The notes: a model not told the origin generated them from the letters alone. Shown: positions 33,779 through 45,852, numbered from the stretch's first letter. The stretch is 64,000 bases of DNA from Hyaloraphidium curvatum SAG 235-1 (GCA_025558095.1 JAIVFI010000014.1:124001-188000); one strand, 5' to 3'. Made by a program: numbers and translations.

Positions 33779-34190
33779 GCTTCAGTCGTCGACAAGACCG
33801 ACACCGTAATGTTTTTTTTGGGATTCGGAGTGCAGCGGGTGACGGCGAGGATCCATCGGGCTCACAACCCGGAGAAGCAAGGGAAGAGGCCATCCTTCTA
33901 ATAGCGCAAGGTCCCGAGTTCGGGAGATAGAACTTGCATTTGCATCCGTTCACTTCCAGGGTGCGCGCTATGTAGGACACTCCTTGGGGCTCTTCGGGCG
34001 GTCTCTCGCTTCCAACCTACAAGAAATCGTTTCGGCCCCCGCGACGCCTCTCAAATGACGTCGCCGTCTACAGTCCGCCGCTCACGCGATGCCGTACGTC
34101 TGCTCCGCTTCTCTGCCGTCGTCACTCCCCGATCAGCGGCTTACGGAGACGGCGCATCCGGAAGCGAACCGACGCGAAACGCCGCGGCAT

Positions 34191-35593
34191 CTATTTCCCC
34201 AGCGAAAACTTGAGCGCCGGCTTCCCCTGCGCCGCCTTTTCCCCCGCCTCGGCCGGCCCACCCCAACCGCCACGATCGGGTGCCGGATCGGCGGTGCTCC
34301 ATCCCCCTCCGCCGCCTGCAGGCTGCGGATCGGCCGGCTGCGACCATCCCCCCCGATCGGCCGCGGATTCGGCGGACGTCCACCCGCCCCTACCGGCGGC
34401 AGAAGACCATCCCCCCGCGCCCGAGGATGCGGGCTTCGGCGGATCAGAGGCGGAGTTCCATCCGCCGCGGTCGGGAGCGGGGTCCGCAGACGTCCACCCG
34501 CCTCCGCCGTCCGAAGAGGACCATCCCCCCGCGGGTTTCGGCGGATCGGGAGCGGGGTCCGCGGACGACCAGCCGCCGCCCTGGGGGGCGGAGGACCAGC
34601 CGCCCGACGCGGAGGCGTCCGCAGGTGCGACGGGTGCCCACCCGCCCGAGGCAGGAGCCGATGCCGGCATCGGAGCCGGCACCGCGGCCGGTGCCGCGCC
34701 GGCCTTGCTCCCCGCCAGCCCGGCCAGCCGCTCCATCTCCCTCCTCTCCCTGTCCCGCTCCCTCTCCTCCCTCTTGCGCTTCTTGCCCTCGTCCTCCGGC
34801 ACGATCTTCTTAGCGTGCTCCTTCATCTCGCGCAGCCGCTTGCGGTGGTGGTGGTCGTAGCTCGACATGTGGTTCTCTGTTTGCGGGGGGCGCGGCGGGA
34901 TCGGTAGGACCGGCCCACGTCGGGCGGGCGAGGGCGCGGAAAGGACCCACCAAACTCGGCCACGCGGGCGTACTGCTTGTCGCACTCTGCGCAGTAGAAC
35001 GGCCGCACGATCTCCTTGACCTCCTCCTTCCTCCTCTCCTCCCTGTTCACTTTGGCCTCCCTCCTCGCGCGCTCCTCCTCCGTCTCCCGGGCGATGGCCT
35101 CGCTCGTCAGCTCCCTCCGCTTCTCCGTCGACGACGCGTGGTACTCTTCCAGCTCCGACTGCTTGCCCAGCCCGAGCTGGTCCTCCTTGACCTCGATCCT
35201 CACGGGGTCCACGCGCCCGACGAACGTGCGCCCGAGGCCGGTGCCTTCCTTCCAGCCCATCTTGGCCAGGAGGCGGAAGCCGGCGTTTGTGCGGGGGATG
35301 GGGAGGTCCATGGAGGCCTGCTCGGTTTCCGAGAGGTCCACGTAGCCGGTGGTCGGGGCCGAGACGGGGATGCGGGCGGGCGGGTCACCGGTGCGCTGCA
35401 GCGGGAGGGCGGGGCGGGCGGCGGGGTCGGAGGAGAAGGAGGCGCGGAGGTCGTTCCAGCGCGGGTCGCTGCCCCACGCGTGCGCGGGCGCCGCGGGGGC
35501 GGCGGCGGGCTGCGCGGCGGGTTTGGGCGCGGCGGGCTTCGCCGAGCCCGCCGAGCCCCATTTGGCCCAGTCGGCCTTGTTCTTGGACGACAT
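34191..35593 (-). CDS. G-patch plus C2H2/U1-type zinc-finger protein (GPATCH8-like) with a C-terminal GGW-repeat tail; 2 exons
   Basis: NAGFRLLAKMGWKEGTGLG...GLG G-patch; FYCAECDKQY...F|ENHMSSYDHHHRKRL zinc finger across an intron. Confidence 0.88.
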
Positions 35594-35837
35594 GGCGGCG
35601 TCCAACGGGCGCGACGCGTTCGACGCGACCCGCTGCGGTTGTCCGGGACCGGTCCGTGTCCGGCCCGTCCACTGAACCGAGCTCGGTAGCGAACCAAGAA
35701 TGCCTAGACGCAGTTTATACCGGGGTTCCCGGGCTATGCAGGGCGGCGAGGGTGTGGCATGCTGCTGTGCTCGCACGCATGGATTTGCGCGGAGCGCGCG
35801 ACGATAAACGTGAACGTCTGCCCTCCTTCCGAACGCC

Positions 35838-36840
35838 ATGGCGGCCCCGTTTGAGCTACAAAACCTCGAGCTCCTCTCCATTTTCCCCTACGCGGTCAGC
35901 GCGCCGGCGTCGTTCCCGCGCTCGCTGTCCAGCGACCCCGAAAAGGCCTACGACCTGGAGGGGACGCCTCCGGAGAAGGACGCCGTGTGCCACAGCCGCG
36001 CCGTTGATCACTTCGGACGTCATCGCGCGGCTCCAACGGCCGGGCTGACGGCTCTGCCAGGCCGAGTGCGCGCGTGCGTCCCCTGGCTCGTGAATGACAC
36101 CAACGCCCTGGTGTGCGCGCTGGTCGCGACGTTTACGACAATCGCCACCTCTGCGTCCCTCTTTCGTCTCAACGACGGGACCTTCGGGACGCGCCAGCTC
36201 GCGGCCGGGGTCTTCAGCATCGGTGCGGTATACGGCGCAGCCTTGGTGCTGCAGCTTGTCGCGCGGTCGATTTCACTGCGAAAAGTTGGAATGCCCACAT
36301 CGTACAAAAGATTGGTCGTGTCTCTGACGCAGCTGTGCCGCTGGCTCGACGTGTGCGCGTCAGGGACACCGAGCAAGCTCGTTGAGCACGTTGCAAAGGA
36401 CCGCTTTCGCGCATGCCGCGACTGCTGCTCCGGCGTCGTGGACATTTCTGGGAGTCCTCCGCCCAACCTTCTACCATGATCAGCAGCCTCTGGAGCGCGG
36501 TTGTTTATTTCGGCGAATCCTTTTGGCACCAATGGTGGGGCATCCTGCTCAGATGTGTCGCCATCCTCGGGATTGTGGGTTGGAACGGCCTGCCCATCCT
36601 CGGGCGCACAGTGGGCCCGCGCGCAGCAGACGTCCGCCTCTGCACGCGGCTCTATCGCCCGGCATGCGAGGGCGCATTCCAGGAGGGTCCTTTTGCAGCC
36701 CGCCGCGTCGACCTTGCCGAACACAGCGAGCAGCAGCTCCTTGGGGAGCGCGGGGGATGGTGTTCTGCAGGGGATGCGGCGGCGCCGGGTCCGCTGCTCC
36801 GTTCATCCCGTTCCGCCTCGGGCCGCGACAGCATGAATAG
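35838..36840 (+). pseudogene. Degenerate, truncated 7-TM family member D
   Basis: ELLSIFP N-terminal motif, FGTRQLAAG (cf. FGQRQLAAG, FGTVQLVVG), LCRW, eroded HVAKDRFRACRDCCSG; frameshift near 36470; TM5-7 not found. Confidence 0.6.
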
Positions 36841-37026
36841 AAATGGAACGCCCGGATGGCAAAAGTCTCCGACGCTGGCAGCAGCGAGCGCGTCGCGTCG
36901 CGGGGGACCGACGCTTTGATCGTCTTCGTCCTTCGCCGCGCTGCCCACTCCTCCAAACAGCGTGGGGGACAGTCGCCACTAATCGCACCTCAACCGCCCT
37001 CCCACCCCTCCAAACCGCGCATCGCG

Positions 37027-37881
37027 ATGGCATCCCCCGAATTCCGCGTGCCCCGCATCGTCCCGACCCCCGACGGCGGCACGGTGTGGCAGGACCTCGT
37101 CGTCTCCCTCCCCCACTCCAAGGGCCCCATGCAAACGTCGGATCCGATGCCCTGCACGGGCGTCGTGTTCAGGCAGAACACGGGCGCGTACGACTACGAT
37201 TTCCACCGCGCGCCGAGGGAACAGTACGTAGTTTCATTGTCCGGCCTGGTCGAGATCACCACGACGGACGGGACGACAAAGACGCTCAAGGGCGGGGAAC
37301 CCATGTACGTCGAGGACGTCGTCGGCCGGGGCCACAAATCGCGCGCCGCGTCGTCGGACCTGCGGCGGTCCATCTTCGTCTGCACCAAGCCTCTGCCCCC
37401 GGGAGACACCGCGCACGGGCGGACCGTTCTGGACCTCGGCAAGAAGGACGGGGAGGGCCCGTGGTTCCCGCTGGTCAGGATCGTGCCGACAGAGGACGGG
37501 GGAAGCGCGTTCGTGGACTCAGCGGTGCCCCTCTCGCTGGCGCCAATCCCGAACAACAACATGTCGGTCGTGTACCCGGCGCTGGACGTGGTTTTCGCAG
37601 TCAGGACCGGCGACTCGGACTTCCACGTAAGTCTCGCGTGCTCTCCGCTCTTTGCTCTCGCCGCTGACCGGCCGCAGACCGCCCCGCGCAAGCACATCGT
37701 CATCATCCTCACAGGCACCCTCGAGATCGAGACCACCGCGGGCGAATCCCGCAGGTTCGGGCCGGGGGACGTGTTCCTGGCCGAGGACGTGGTCGGGCGG
37801 GGCCACCGCACGCGGGCGGTCGGTGGGGAGTGCGCCTCGATGTGGATGAAGGTCGGGGACGGGGTGGGGCCGAGCTTCTGA
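37027..37881 (+). CDS. Tandem (bi-)cupin protein; 2 exons
   Basis: Two repeats: DFHRAPREQYVVSLSGLVEITTTDG...EDVVGRGHKSR and DFH|TAPRKHIVIILTGTLEIETTAGE...EDVVGRGHRTR; in-frame intron 37627..37677 (GTAAGT...CAG). Confidence 0.8.
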   Translation: MASPEFRVPRIVPTPDGGTVWQDLVVSLPHSKGPMQTSDPMPCTGVVFRQNTGAYDYDFHRAPREQYVVSLSGLVEITTTDGTTKTLKGGEPMYVEDVVGRGHKSRAASSDLRRSIFVCTKPLPPGDTAHGRTVLDLGKKDGEGPWFPLVRIVPTEDGGSAFVDSAVPLSLAPIPNNNMSVVYPALDVVFAVRTGDSDFHVSLACSPLFALAADRPQTAPRKHIVIILTGTLEIETTAGESRRFGPGDVFLAEDVVGRGHRTRAVGGECASMWMKVGDGVGPSF

Positions 37882-38344
37882 TGATGGGGGTGGACTGGGT
37901 GCGGTGTGATGCCCGCAGGAACAGACGTGTTGAGCCAGCAGCGTTTGGCCACCGGGTGGCAGAAGGGCGTTCCAGGGTCCGGGAAAGGCCAGCTCTGGAG
38001 TGCCCGGGAAGGTGCATCCATTATCTTTGCTGGCCGGAGGGCTTTGCGATCGAGCTTCAGGGACCTGTTTCCTCCCATGCCCCATATCGTTGCCCTCCTC
38101 AAGTTTTCGATGCGCGGGCGGGCGCTGAACGGGGGCCCGGGCGGGTCCAGTTCCCGATCGCTTGGCCACCAAGAAACCACCCCGTCTCCCGCACTCTCTC
38201 CCACCTTCGTCGCTGCGCGTCGCCTGCAGGGACGTCGCCGCTTGCTGCACGCGTCGGCCGTTCCGTCTCGCTCCGCGCCCGCCCATAGCCCGCGCCCGCC
38301 GCCCGAGCGCCACCCCGCCGCCCGCCGCCCCGTGATCCGCCGCC

Positions 38345-40123
38345 ATGGCGCTCTCGTCGGCCCTCGTCTGGCTCGTCGTCGCCGCGTCGTTGTTCATGCT
38401 CCTGCGCGAGCTGTACCGCCGCTTCTACCTCGACTTTGACGACGCCGACGCCGTCCACACCACCTTCGGGTTCCCGCTCTGGAACCGGCCCGACATCGCG
38501 CGCGTGGACCAGGTGTTCCTCGTCGACACGGACTTTATCCGCAAGTCTGGGAAGAAGGTCGTGAGATACGGTGGGTATCTGGCCTTCGCCGGGCCCGTTC
38601 GCCCGTCCTGATCGGATTTGCCCGCAGTCAACCCCATCAGGCCGTGGGAGCGTGTGGTGGCCGTCGCCGACGCCCAGGTGCTCCGCGAGATGTTTGTCGG
38701 CACCCAGTGGGAGAAGTTCCAGCGCACCACGCCGATGGCCGGACCGCACGAGCCTTACGCCGGAGGGGTAGGCCCCATCGACCTGGGTGCCGTGGTCCGG
38801 ACTGACCTCGTACGATCCAGCTGATCTTCATGCCCAACGGCGAGGACTGGCGCGCGGCCAGGGCCATGTTCGACCGCACCTTCACCAACGCCGCCGTCAG
38901 GTCCTACGTGCCCATGCTCAACGAGAAGCGGACCATCTTCATGGAGCAGCTCGCCAAGGCCGCCAAGGAGTCCCCCGACGGCACCGTAGAGATCCAGGCC
39001 CTCCTCATGCGCATGACTTTCGACGTGATCTCGCGGCTGGCCTTCGGCGAGGAGTTCGACGCTCAGAGGAGCGAGAAGGGCAAGGAGATCATGAAGGCGT
39101 GGGAGGGCTGGTTCGCGTCGGCCGTGCAGCTGCTCGTGCTCAACCTGCTCCTGGGCGAGACCGCGTGGCAGTGGGCCGGCGGCGCGCTGGGCCTGCTCAA
39201 GCCCTGGAACGAGGGAAAGAAGGTCATCTACGGCCTCATCGAGCAGGGCCTCCAGCGGCGCCGGGACGGGATCGACCTGGACCGCATCTCCATCATGGAC
39301 GACACGCTGAGGAGCGCCAAGATGCCCGAGTTCATGAAGGACGACGAGACGTTCAAGAAGCATTTGTGCACCATCCTGTTTGCCGGCCACGACACCACCT
39401 CGGGCACCCTCGCGTGCGCCGTCCACTACCTGGGGCAGAACCCGTCCTGGCAGGCTAAGATCCGCAAGGAGGTCGCCGATGCCGTGGGCAAGGATGGGGC
39501 GATCAACGCGCTGGAGCCGATCGAGAACCTTCCCTCGCTGAACGCGGTCATCAAGGAGACCATGAGGCTCCTGCCTTCCGCGGCGGCTGCCGGCAACAGA
39601 TACATGATGGAGGATTTGGACTACGTTTACAAGGATCCCGTCGACGGCCGCGAGAAGAAGATCTGCTTCCGCAAGGGCGATTGGTGGGTTGCTCCCTGCC
39701 TCGCTCGCAGGAATCTCCTCTCACTGTGGCGTTGCCGACCCTACCAGGCTGTTCCCCATGCTGTACACCGTCCAACGCCACCCCGACTTCTGGAAGGGCA
39801 CCGATCCCGAGGTCTTTGACCCGCAGCGCTGGATCGACGACCCGCAAGGCGGTTCCAAGCACCTGGTGAGTACCCGGGCGCGCGGCACAACCGCAGTCTC
39901 TCATCTGTTCCGGCCGCAACAGTACGCCTACGCCCCGTTCGGCAACGGTCCCCGCAAGTGCGTCGGGGAAAAGCTCGCCCTCGGCGAGATGCGCCTCGTG
40001 CTCGCCAGCATCCTGCAGAAGTACGACATCGTGCCGGGCAAGTACGAGTTCGTGCCCAAGCAGGATGCAACCATCTCGGCCAAGTACGGCGTCCACGTCA
40101 AGCTCGTGCCCGTGTCGGCGTGA
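38345..40123 (+). CDS. Cytochrome P450, multi-exon
   Basis: N-terminal TM anchor; FAGHDTT (I helix), KETMRL (ExxR), FDPQRW, PFGNGPRKCVG heme-Cys motif. Confidence 0.96.
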
Positions 40124-40301
40124 GGACGTGGGACGTGGGCCGCGCGATGATCGGTTTGGATTGGTGGACGCGGAATGGCTGGATGTGGCTCCTCACTGAA
40201 TTGGATTCATAGATAGACCAGTAGTGATTTTGTCGATCTCGCTGCCTCGCCGCGGCTTCATGCCTTTTGTTGAATCAGTCCGCTATTGAATCGAGAAGGC
40301 T

Positions 40302-41693
40302 TCACCGCCGAAGCAGCCAGTACGCAAACGTCAGAGCCAAGAAGAGAATCCAAATCCACGAGGTCGCATTATACGGCGGGATCGCGACGTTCTCCGGTAC
40401 GCACTGGGTGATAGCAGGGCTCTGCTGCATCGTATGCCGTTGATGCACTCGTCCGGCCGCGCGGCGGGGCCAGACGAAGGACGCCGTGCTGGAGTCCTCG
40501 AGCGGCGGACCGCACAAGGCCTCCCACATCCGGTACTCCCCATCCGCCCGTGGATCCAAATTGACGTCCCACGGTAGGAGCACGACACGGAGGTGCGCGA
40601 TCCCCTGGCCGCAGGAAAGCGCCTCCGCGAGGCGGTCCGCGGTATCCCGGTCCACGGCTGGGGCACGGAACCGACCCCGGACAATCTCCACCGAGGGATA
40701 TCGCACGAAGCCCTTCGCCAGCAAAACCAGAAAATCCACATCCAGGTGATCGAGCATCAGCTTTCCCGGCGGGGTGGGCATCTCTTCCAGGAGCCGAACG
40801 TGATCAAGGGAGAACATGGGCTCCCCAGGGAGGGGCGCGTGATTCGCCGAAACGGGGCCGCGCAGCCCCAGCGTCTCGAGACGCATCTTCCGCAGCGGGA
40901 AGCCCTCCATCCCGGCTAACTGCTCGAGGGCGGACCCTGTCAGCCGGATCTCGCTCAGGACCGGTGCGAGTTGGGCCCAGCGCCCCGGCCCCCAAGGGAC
41001 CTCGGATCCAATGGGAAGACTGACGTGGAAGCGCATCTTGGCGAGACCCGTGAATATGTGGGGGGCCTTTGCGAGAAAATACGCGACCGTTTCGTCCAGT
41101 AAGCGGGATCTGAAGGTGACACGCCAAGGGCGTTCGGGGAGCTGATTGAGCCAGAACAGCATCTCGTGGAGCTTTTCCCTCCAGCGCTGGGAAAATTCAA
41201 AGTTGATCTCGATGTCGAGCTCGATGACTTCGCCCGTGCATCGGCGTCCCGGCTCTGCGACCCAGCGCCAGTGATCGCGCATCATCCACTCAAGGGCGCG
41301 CTGGAAACCCCACTTGCCCGTGCAGACCAGGACGAGCTTCCACACACGCCCGCCGCGCATGAACCCCTGGAGGAGGCTCTCCCAATTGCCGTGGTCGTCC
41401 GCAGGCACGGTCAGCTCCCGCACGTGCTTTCGGTAGTAGGCCTTGCGCAGCGCAAGGGTGACGCGACCGTCACGGAGGTCCACGGCACGGTAGAGGTACG
41501 GCAGCGCGAGCGCGTGGCACGACATGGAGGTGCGGGAGAGCCTGGCAAGGTCCTGATGAGGGAGGTAGTCGAAGATGTGCCAGAGGAGCTCGCGCGGGAA
41601 GGCGCCGAACAAGCTCGCGGTGCTCGCGGCAGGGCCGAAGAGAACCCCCCACAGTGCCCGGGAGTATGCGCCCGAAAGAATCTGCGTTGCCAT
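40302..41693 (-). CDS. F-box domain protein
   Basis: FPRELLWHIFDYLPHQDLARLSRTS...LYR F-box motif in a 463-aa ORF. Confidence 0.78.
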   Translation of the reverse strand: MATQILSGAYSRALWGVLFGPAASTASLFGAFPRELLWHIFDYLPHQDLARLSRTSMSCHALALPYLYRAVDLRDGRVTLALRKAYYRKHVRELTVPADDHGNWESLLQGFMRGGRVWKLVLVCTGKWGFQRALEWMMRDHWRWVAEPGRRCTGEVIELDIEINFEFSQRWREKLHEMLFWLNQLPERPWRVTFRSRLLDETVAYFLAKAPHIFTGLAKMRFHVSLPIGSEVPWGPGRWAQLAPVLSEIRLTGSALEQLAGMEGFPLRKMRLETLGLRGPVSANHAPLPGEPMFSLDHVRLLEEMPTPPGKLMLDHLDVDFLVLLAKGFVRYPSVEIVRGRFRAPAVDRDTADRLAEALSCGQGIAHLRVVLLPWDVNLDPRADGEYRMWEALCGPPLEDSSTASFVWPRRAAGRVHQRHTMQQSPAITQCVPENVAIPPYNATSWIWILFLALTFAYWLLRR

Positions 41694-41864
41694 GACTGGT
41701 TTGATGGAATCTCTGGGGTCTGTTCGGCAATGTCTTCCGCGCTGTCCACAGCTCTCAACCGTGGCTGAAGTCTCAATGGCTCAGGCCGCCAACGAACGTC
41801 TCGTTGGTTCCTACATTCCCGATTTGCATAAAGCAGCACAAATGAGATTACACACCAACCGCAT

Positions 41865-44196
41865 CTAGATGTTGGGCATATACGTGACCAGCTGCCTGGC
41901 CAACCACGTCGGCCTCGTGTAGATGAACCCGCTCGTGCACCCGTCCGTGCAGTTGACCACCCGGTTGAGCGCGTTCATGTTGAGCGACGTGTAGTTGCGC
42001 ATCACCTGGTTGTACCAGTTGTCGGCGTCGGCGGGGGTGGTCTGCACGGGGATGGAGAGGATGCGGATCGAGTCGGGGAGGGGGCCGGGGGTGTAGCTGG
42101 AGCGCTCGTTGTTGCGGAACTCGTGGTACTGCGAGGCCCACTGGATCGTTCCGGATCGTGAGCCTTCCATGCCTGGACGAGAAAATGCGAGCGCGGAACT
42201 CACCGTCTTGTCGTGCATATAGGAAGCGTAACGCTTCTCCTCAAACTCGGCCGGGACGAAGGGCTCCGTCTTGGGAAGGCCGGGGAATCGGCTGTAGAGC
42301 ATCCCCGCTGGCCCGTAGAAGCCGCGGTTCGCGTCGAGCCCGCGGCGCTGGGCGTCCCTGTCGGCCATGATCTCCTCGCGCGTCCAGTTCTTGCCGCTAC
42401 GAAGGACAAAGCGTCAGCAAAGCACGTCGGCAAACAATCAAGCAGACGTACCCGGTGACGGCGCTGTTGATGTAAGGGGCGTCCGCGGGCCAAGAGTCCA
42501 GGAAGGCGATCGCGTTGACGTCCTGCGGGTACTGCTCCGCGTAGCGGGCCATCAGCTGCCCGCCCTTGCGGTGGCCGACGTAGTTGAAGGGCTTCCGAAG
42601 GCGCAGCTGCGGGTTCGCCACCATGGCCTCGGTGATGAGCCGGATCTCCCGGACGATCTGCTGGTCCGTGCGCGGGTAGTTGACAGGGTAGTCGGAGAAC
42701 CCGTAGCCTGGCCGGTCGTAGACGCAGACGCGCGCGCCTTCGAGGGCCAGGGACTGGAGGAGGCCGAGCATGTCGAAGTGGTTGGCGCCAAAGTCGACGT
42801 CAAGGAGGTAGTGCGAGCTGTTGGGCGGCACGAGGTCACGGAATGGCGGACGCGCCGGTCAAGTCGCCACGTACCGGATGGCGCCGGCGAGCGGTCCGTC
42901 GCAGTAGACGTGAACGTTGCCGACGTCGGTCACAGGCACAGACCTCCCCAGGGGCGGGTTCTCGGTCTTGCTGGCCGCGGCGCTCTGGATGCCCCCGTTG
43001 AGGAGAAACCCGAGGAAAACAAAGTTGGCGATGGTCAAGAGGCCCATGATCACGCGGTAGGTGATGGTCGACACCTTGGCCGCCTTCTTGCCGAACGTGC
43101 CCTCCTCCTTTTGCTCGGGGTCGAACCATCCCTCCTTCTTCCCCATGATGCAGCCGGCCAGCCCCACGACCGCGACGGCAGAGCACGCCGCCATCCAGCC
43201 GGTCGCGTCGGCGCGGGCCTGGTACCCGTAGCAGATGGCGACGCCCAGGCACAGCGCGAGGGTCGCAGTCCAGGCAAAGATCTCGCCGACCTGCCAGTGG
43301 ATCTGGGGCGGGGGTCCAAGGATCGCGGTGATGATGGAGGCGAGGGAGAGCCAGGTGAGCTCGGTCGCCATGGCCAGACTGAGGAGCTGATTGGACTGCG
43401 GGCCCGCTGCGAAGAAATGACGTGTTACCGGTCACTTTCGTTAGCGAGGTGATGGAGGATGCGACGTACGGTTATAGGCGTAGTACCTGGAGGAACGTCA
43501 GTAAGAGAACGCCGCGCCTGCCGAGGGTGCCGATGGGGGACTCACCACGACACGACGATGCCGATGATCCCGGTCAGGAGGAAAATGAAGGACAGGGAGC
43601 TGAAAAGCACCTTCCGCTTCGTCCCCGGGCGCATCTCTTTGATCTTGCGCTCCAGCGGGTTCGAGGCATAGTCATCGGGGATGGTAACCCCGGCGGTGCC
43701 GGCGGTAGCGCCGGTCTTCTTAGAATCTGCGATTGAAGGCCCCTTCAGCTCCGATCCCGGTCCTGAACCAAATGGCCAACCCACCCTGAATGAGCTGCTG
43801 CGTGTATGGCGACAGCATCTCCATCGGCGGCAGGCCGGGCCCGGCGGGGGTTCCGGGCGCGCCATTCACCGAGGCGATTGCGGGCGAGCCGGGCGGCGAG
43901 GTGGCAATCGGCGTGCCCGGCAGCGTTGCGGGGGCGGCCACCGGCGAGCCGGGGACCGAGGACGGCGGCGATGCGCCGGGCGAGGCGGGCATCATCGCGG
44001 GCGTGTCGACGGGCCCGAGCGGCATCGGCGACGACGCCGCGAGGGCTTTGGAGACCTCGGCGTCGGCCCGCGCAATGTCCACGTCCGCGTACGGCGACGA
44101 GGCGTCGCTCGGCCCGGCGAACGACGCCCCGCCGGTCATCGGCGGCACCGTCGGCGCCGGGTCCTTCGGCTTGAACATCCGGTCGAGGAACCCCAT
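41865..44196 (-). CDS. Multi-pass membrane protein with a C-terminal alpha/beta-hydrolase-fold domain (nucleophile Ser replaced); multi-exon
   Basis: Pro-rich N-terminus, several TM exons, then VHVYCDG, RVCVYDRPGYGFSD, YVGHRKGG, YAEQYPQDVNAIAFLDS. Confidence 0.75.
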
Positions 44197-44589
44197 GGCA
44201 GCGGCTCCGAGCGCCGGGGGCGCAACAACGGGCCGCGCGGGCTACGCGGGAGGCACTTTGCCAACGCCGACAAACGCCTCCTGCTCGTGGCGGAGCCTCA
44301 GCGTCGGGGTCGGGGATTTCGGAGTGGAAGTCCCCTGAGGCTTAGGAATAGGCGGTGCGAGGCCCTGAAAAGTCGGGAGGCGGCGCGGCCCCTCGCTTTC
44401 CGTTCACCGTGGATGCTCCGACATCGCTCGCGGACATTCAACGCGAAGAAGAGAAGCATCTGATGAAGATAAAGATGTCTTGCCCAATTAAACCGTGAAC
44501 ACGGAGGAGCTAGCTATCTATCTGCCGCCGTCTCCTGATCAAGAAGCCCCGACGCTTGAGACTACGCTAAAAGTAGGTGACGCTCCAGC

Positions 44590-45565
44590 CTAATCGCTGA
44601 AAAACGAAACAAATAGGATGCCGCCGGATTTGAGGCTCGCGGCAAACAACACGCCTGGGGCGAAAGAGAACGTCGGCCCCTGTTTGACGTCCCGACCATC
44701 GAAACGCAACACCCACCGTGCTCAACGTCGTCGTTGCCAGTCTTGTAGATGGCCCACTGGTCCCAGGTGTCCCGCGCGTCCCCATCGAGCGCAGCCGCGA
44801 CGGCCTTCTTGACATCCTCGGCGTTGTCGGCATTGACAAAGAGCTGCTCGAACTCGAGCTCCGAGCCCTTGACCTTCTGCAGCCACGCCACCGAGTCGGC
44901 GTCTTCCGGGGGAGCGCCGAGGAAGAGCTCCTTCCACTCCTGGAGGTAAGACTCGCGGCCGCCGAACTGCTCGTAGTGCTTCTTGCCCAGCATGTGGTCC
45001 AGGTAGACGTTCTGGCACGTCTCCTCGTTGAACTTGGGCGTCGGCATGAACACCGCCTTGGCACCGTACGGTGGCGGGTCCTGGAGCAGCTGGACCAGCG
45101 CGCCGACGGCCTGCGGCGGGCCGGGAGGCATGATGGCCGGCGCCTTGGTGTCCGCGGGGCCCCCCCGCGTCCGCTTGGGCGCAGGCTCCTCCGCGGGCGG
45201 CTTAGCGGCGCCCCGCGTCCTCTTGGGGGGGGACGGCTTGTGGGGCGGAGCGTCTTCCTCGTCGCCTTCCTCCTCGTAACCCTCATCCAGCTTCTCCTGC
45301 ACCATCCTCTCGACGAACTCCATGGCTTCCTCGGGCGACCCATGGTCCTTGATCCTCGTCTGGCCCTTCGAGCCTATCTTGCCGAAGCGGACGATGGTCT
45401 CCGACTCATCCTCGTCGAAGGCAATCTCCCAGAACTGCGTTGGGGGACAACCGGCGCACGGGGTGGCAACGGGCGCGGCGTCAGCGCCGCCGACGCAGGG
45501 AAAAGGGCGCCGCAAACCTTTTCGTCGAGCTCGAAGTACCGTTTGGACGACAGCACGCCCGACAT
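44590..45565 (-). CDS. WGR-domain protein; 3 exons
   Basis: MSGVLSSKRYFELDEK|FWEI...VRFGKIGSKGQ...EKLDEGY WGR signature; Pro/Lys linker; last exon GVLFAASLKSGGILFVSFFSD*. Confidence 0.8.
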
Positions 45566-45852
45566 TTTGGAGTGGGCCGCCGGGTGAAGGTCGAGAAACG
45601 GTCGACTGCGGCCCAACTGCGGCGCGTGGGACCGGGGCCCTGATCGCAAGCGTTTGCCATCGCTTCGCGCCTCTGACCCCAGCTGAAGCGAGGAAATCTT
45701 CATTTGGACTTCATGACATTGCAACGTGCACGATTGGCTTCTTTGCCGGCCGGGACGTCGATCTGAGGAGACGGGAGACACCCCTGGGCAGAGGCTTCGA
45801 CAACTGGAAATGGAATCCGACTTGGCGTTCACTCCGATTGGGCCAGCGCAAA

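Noticed and set aside
37027-40123. Cupin plus P450 as a secondary-metabolite cluster
   Set aside because: No backbone synthase, transporter or regulator nearby
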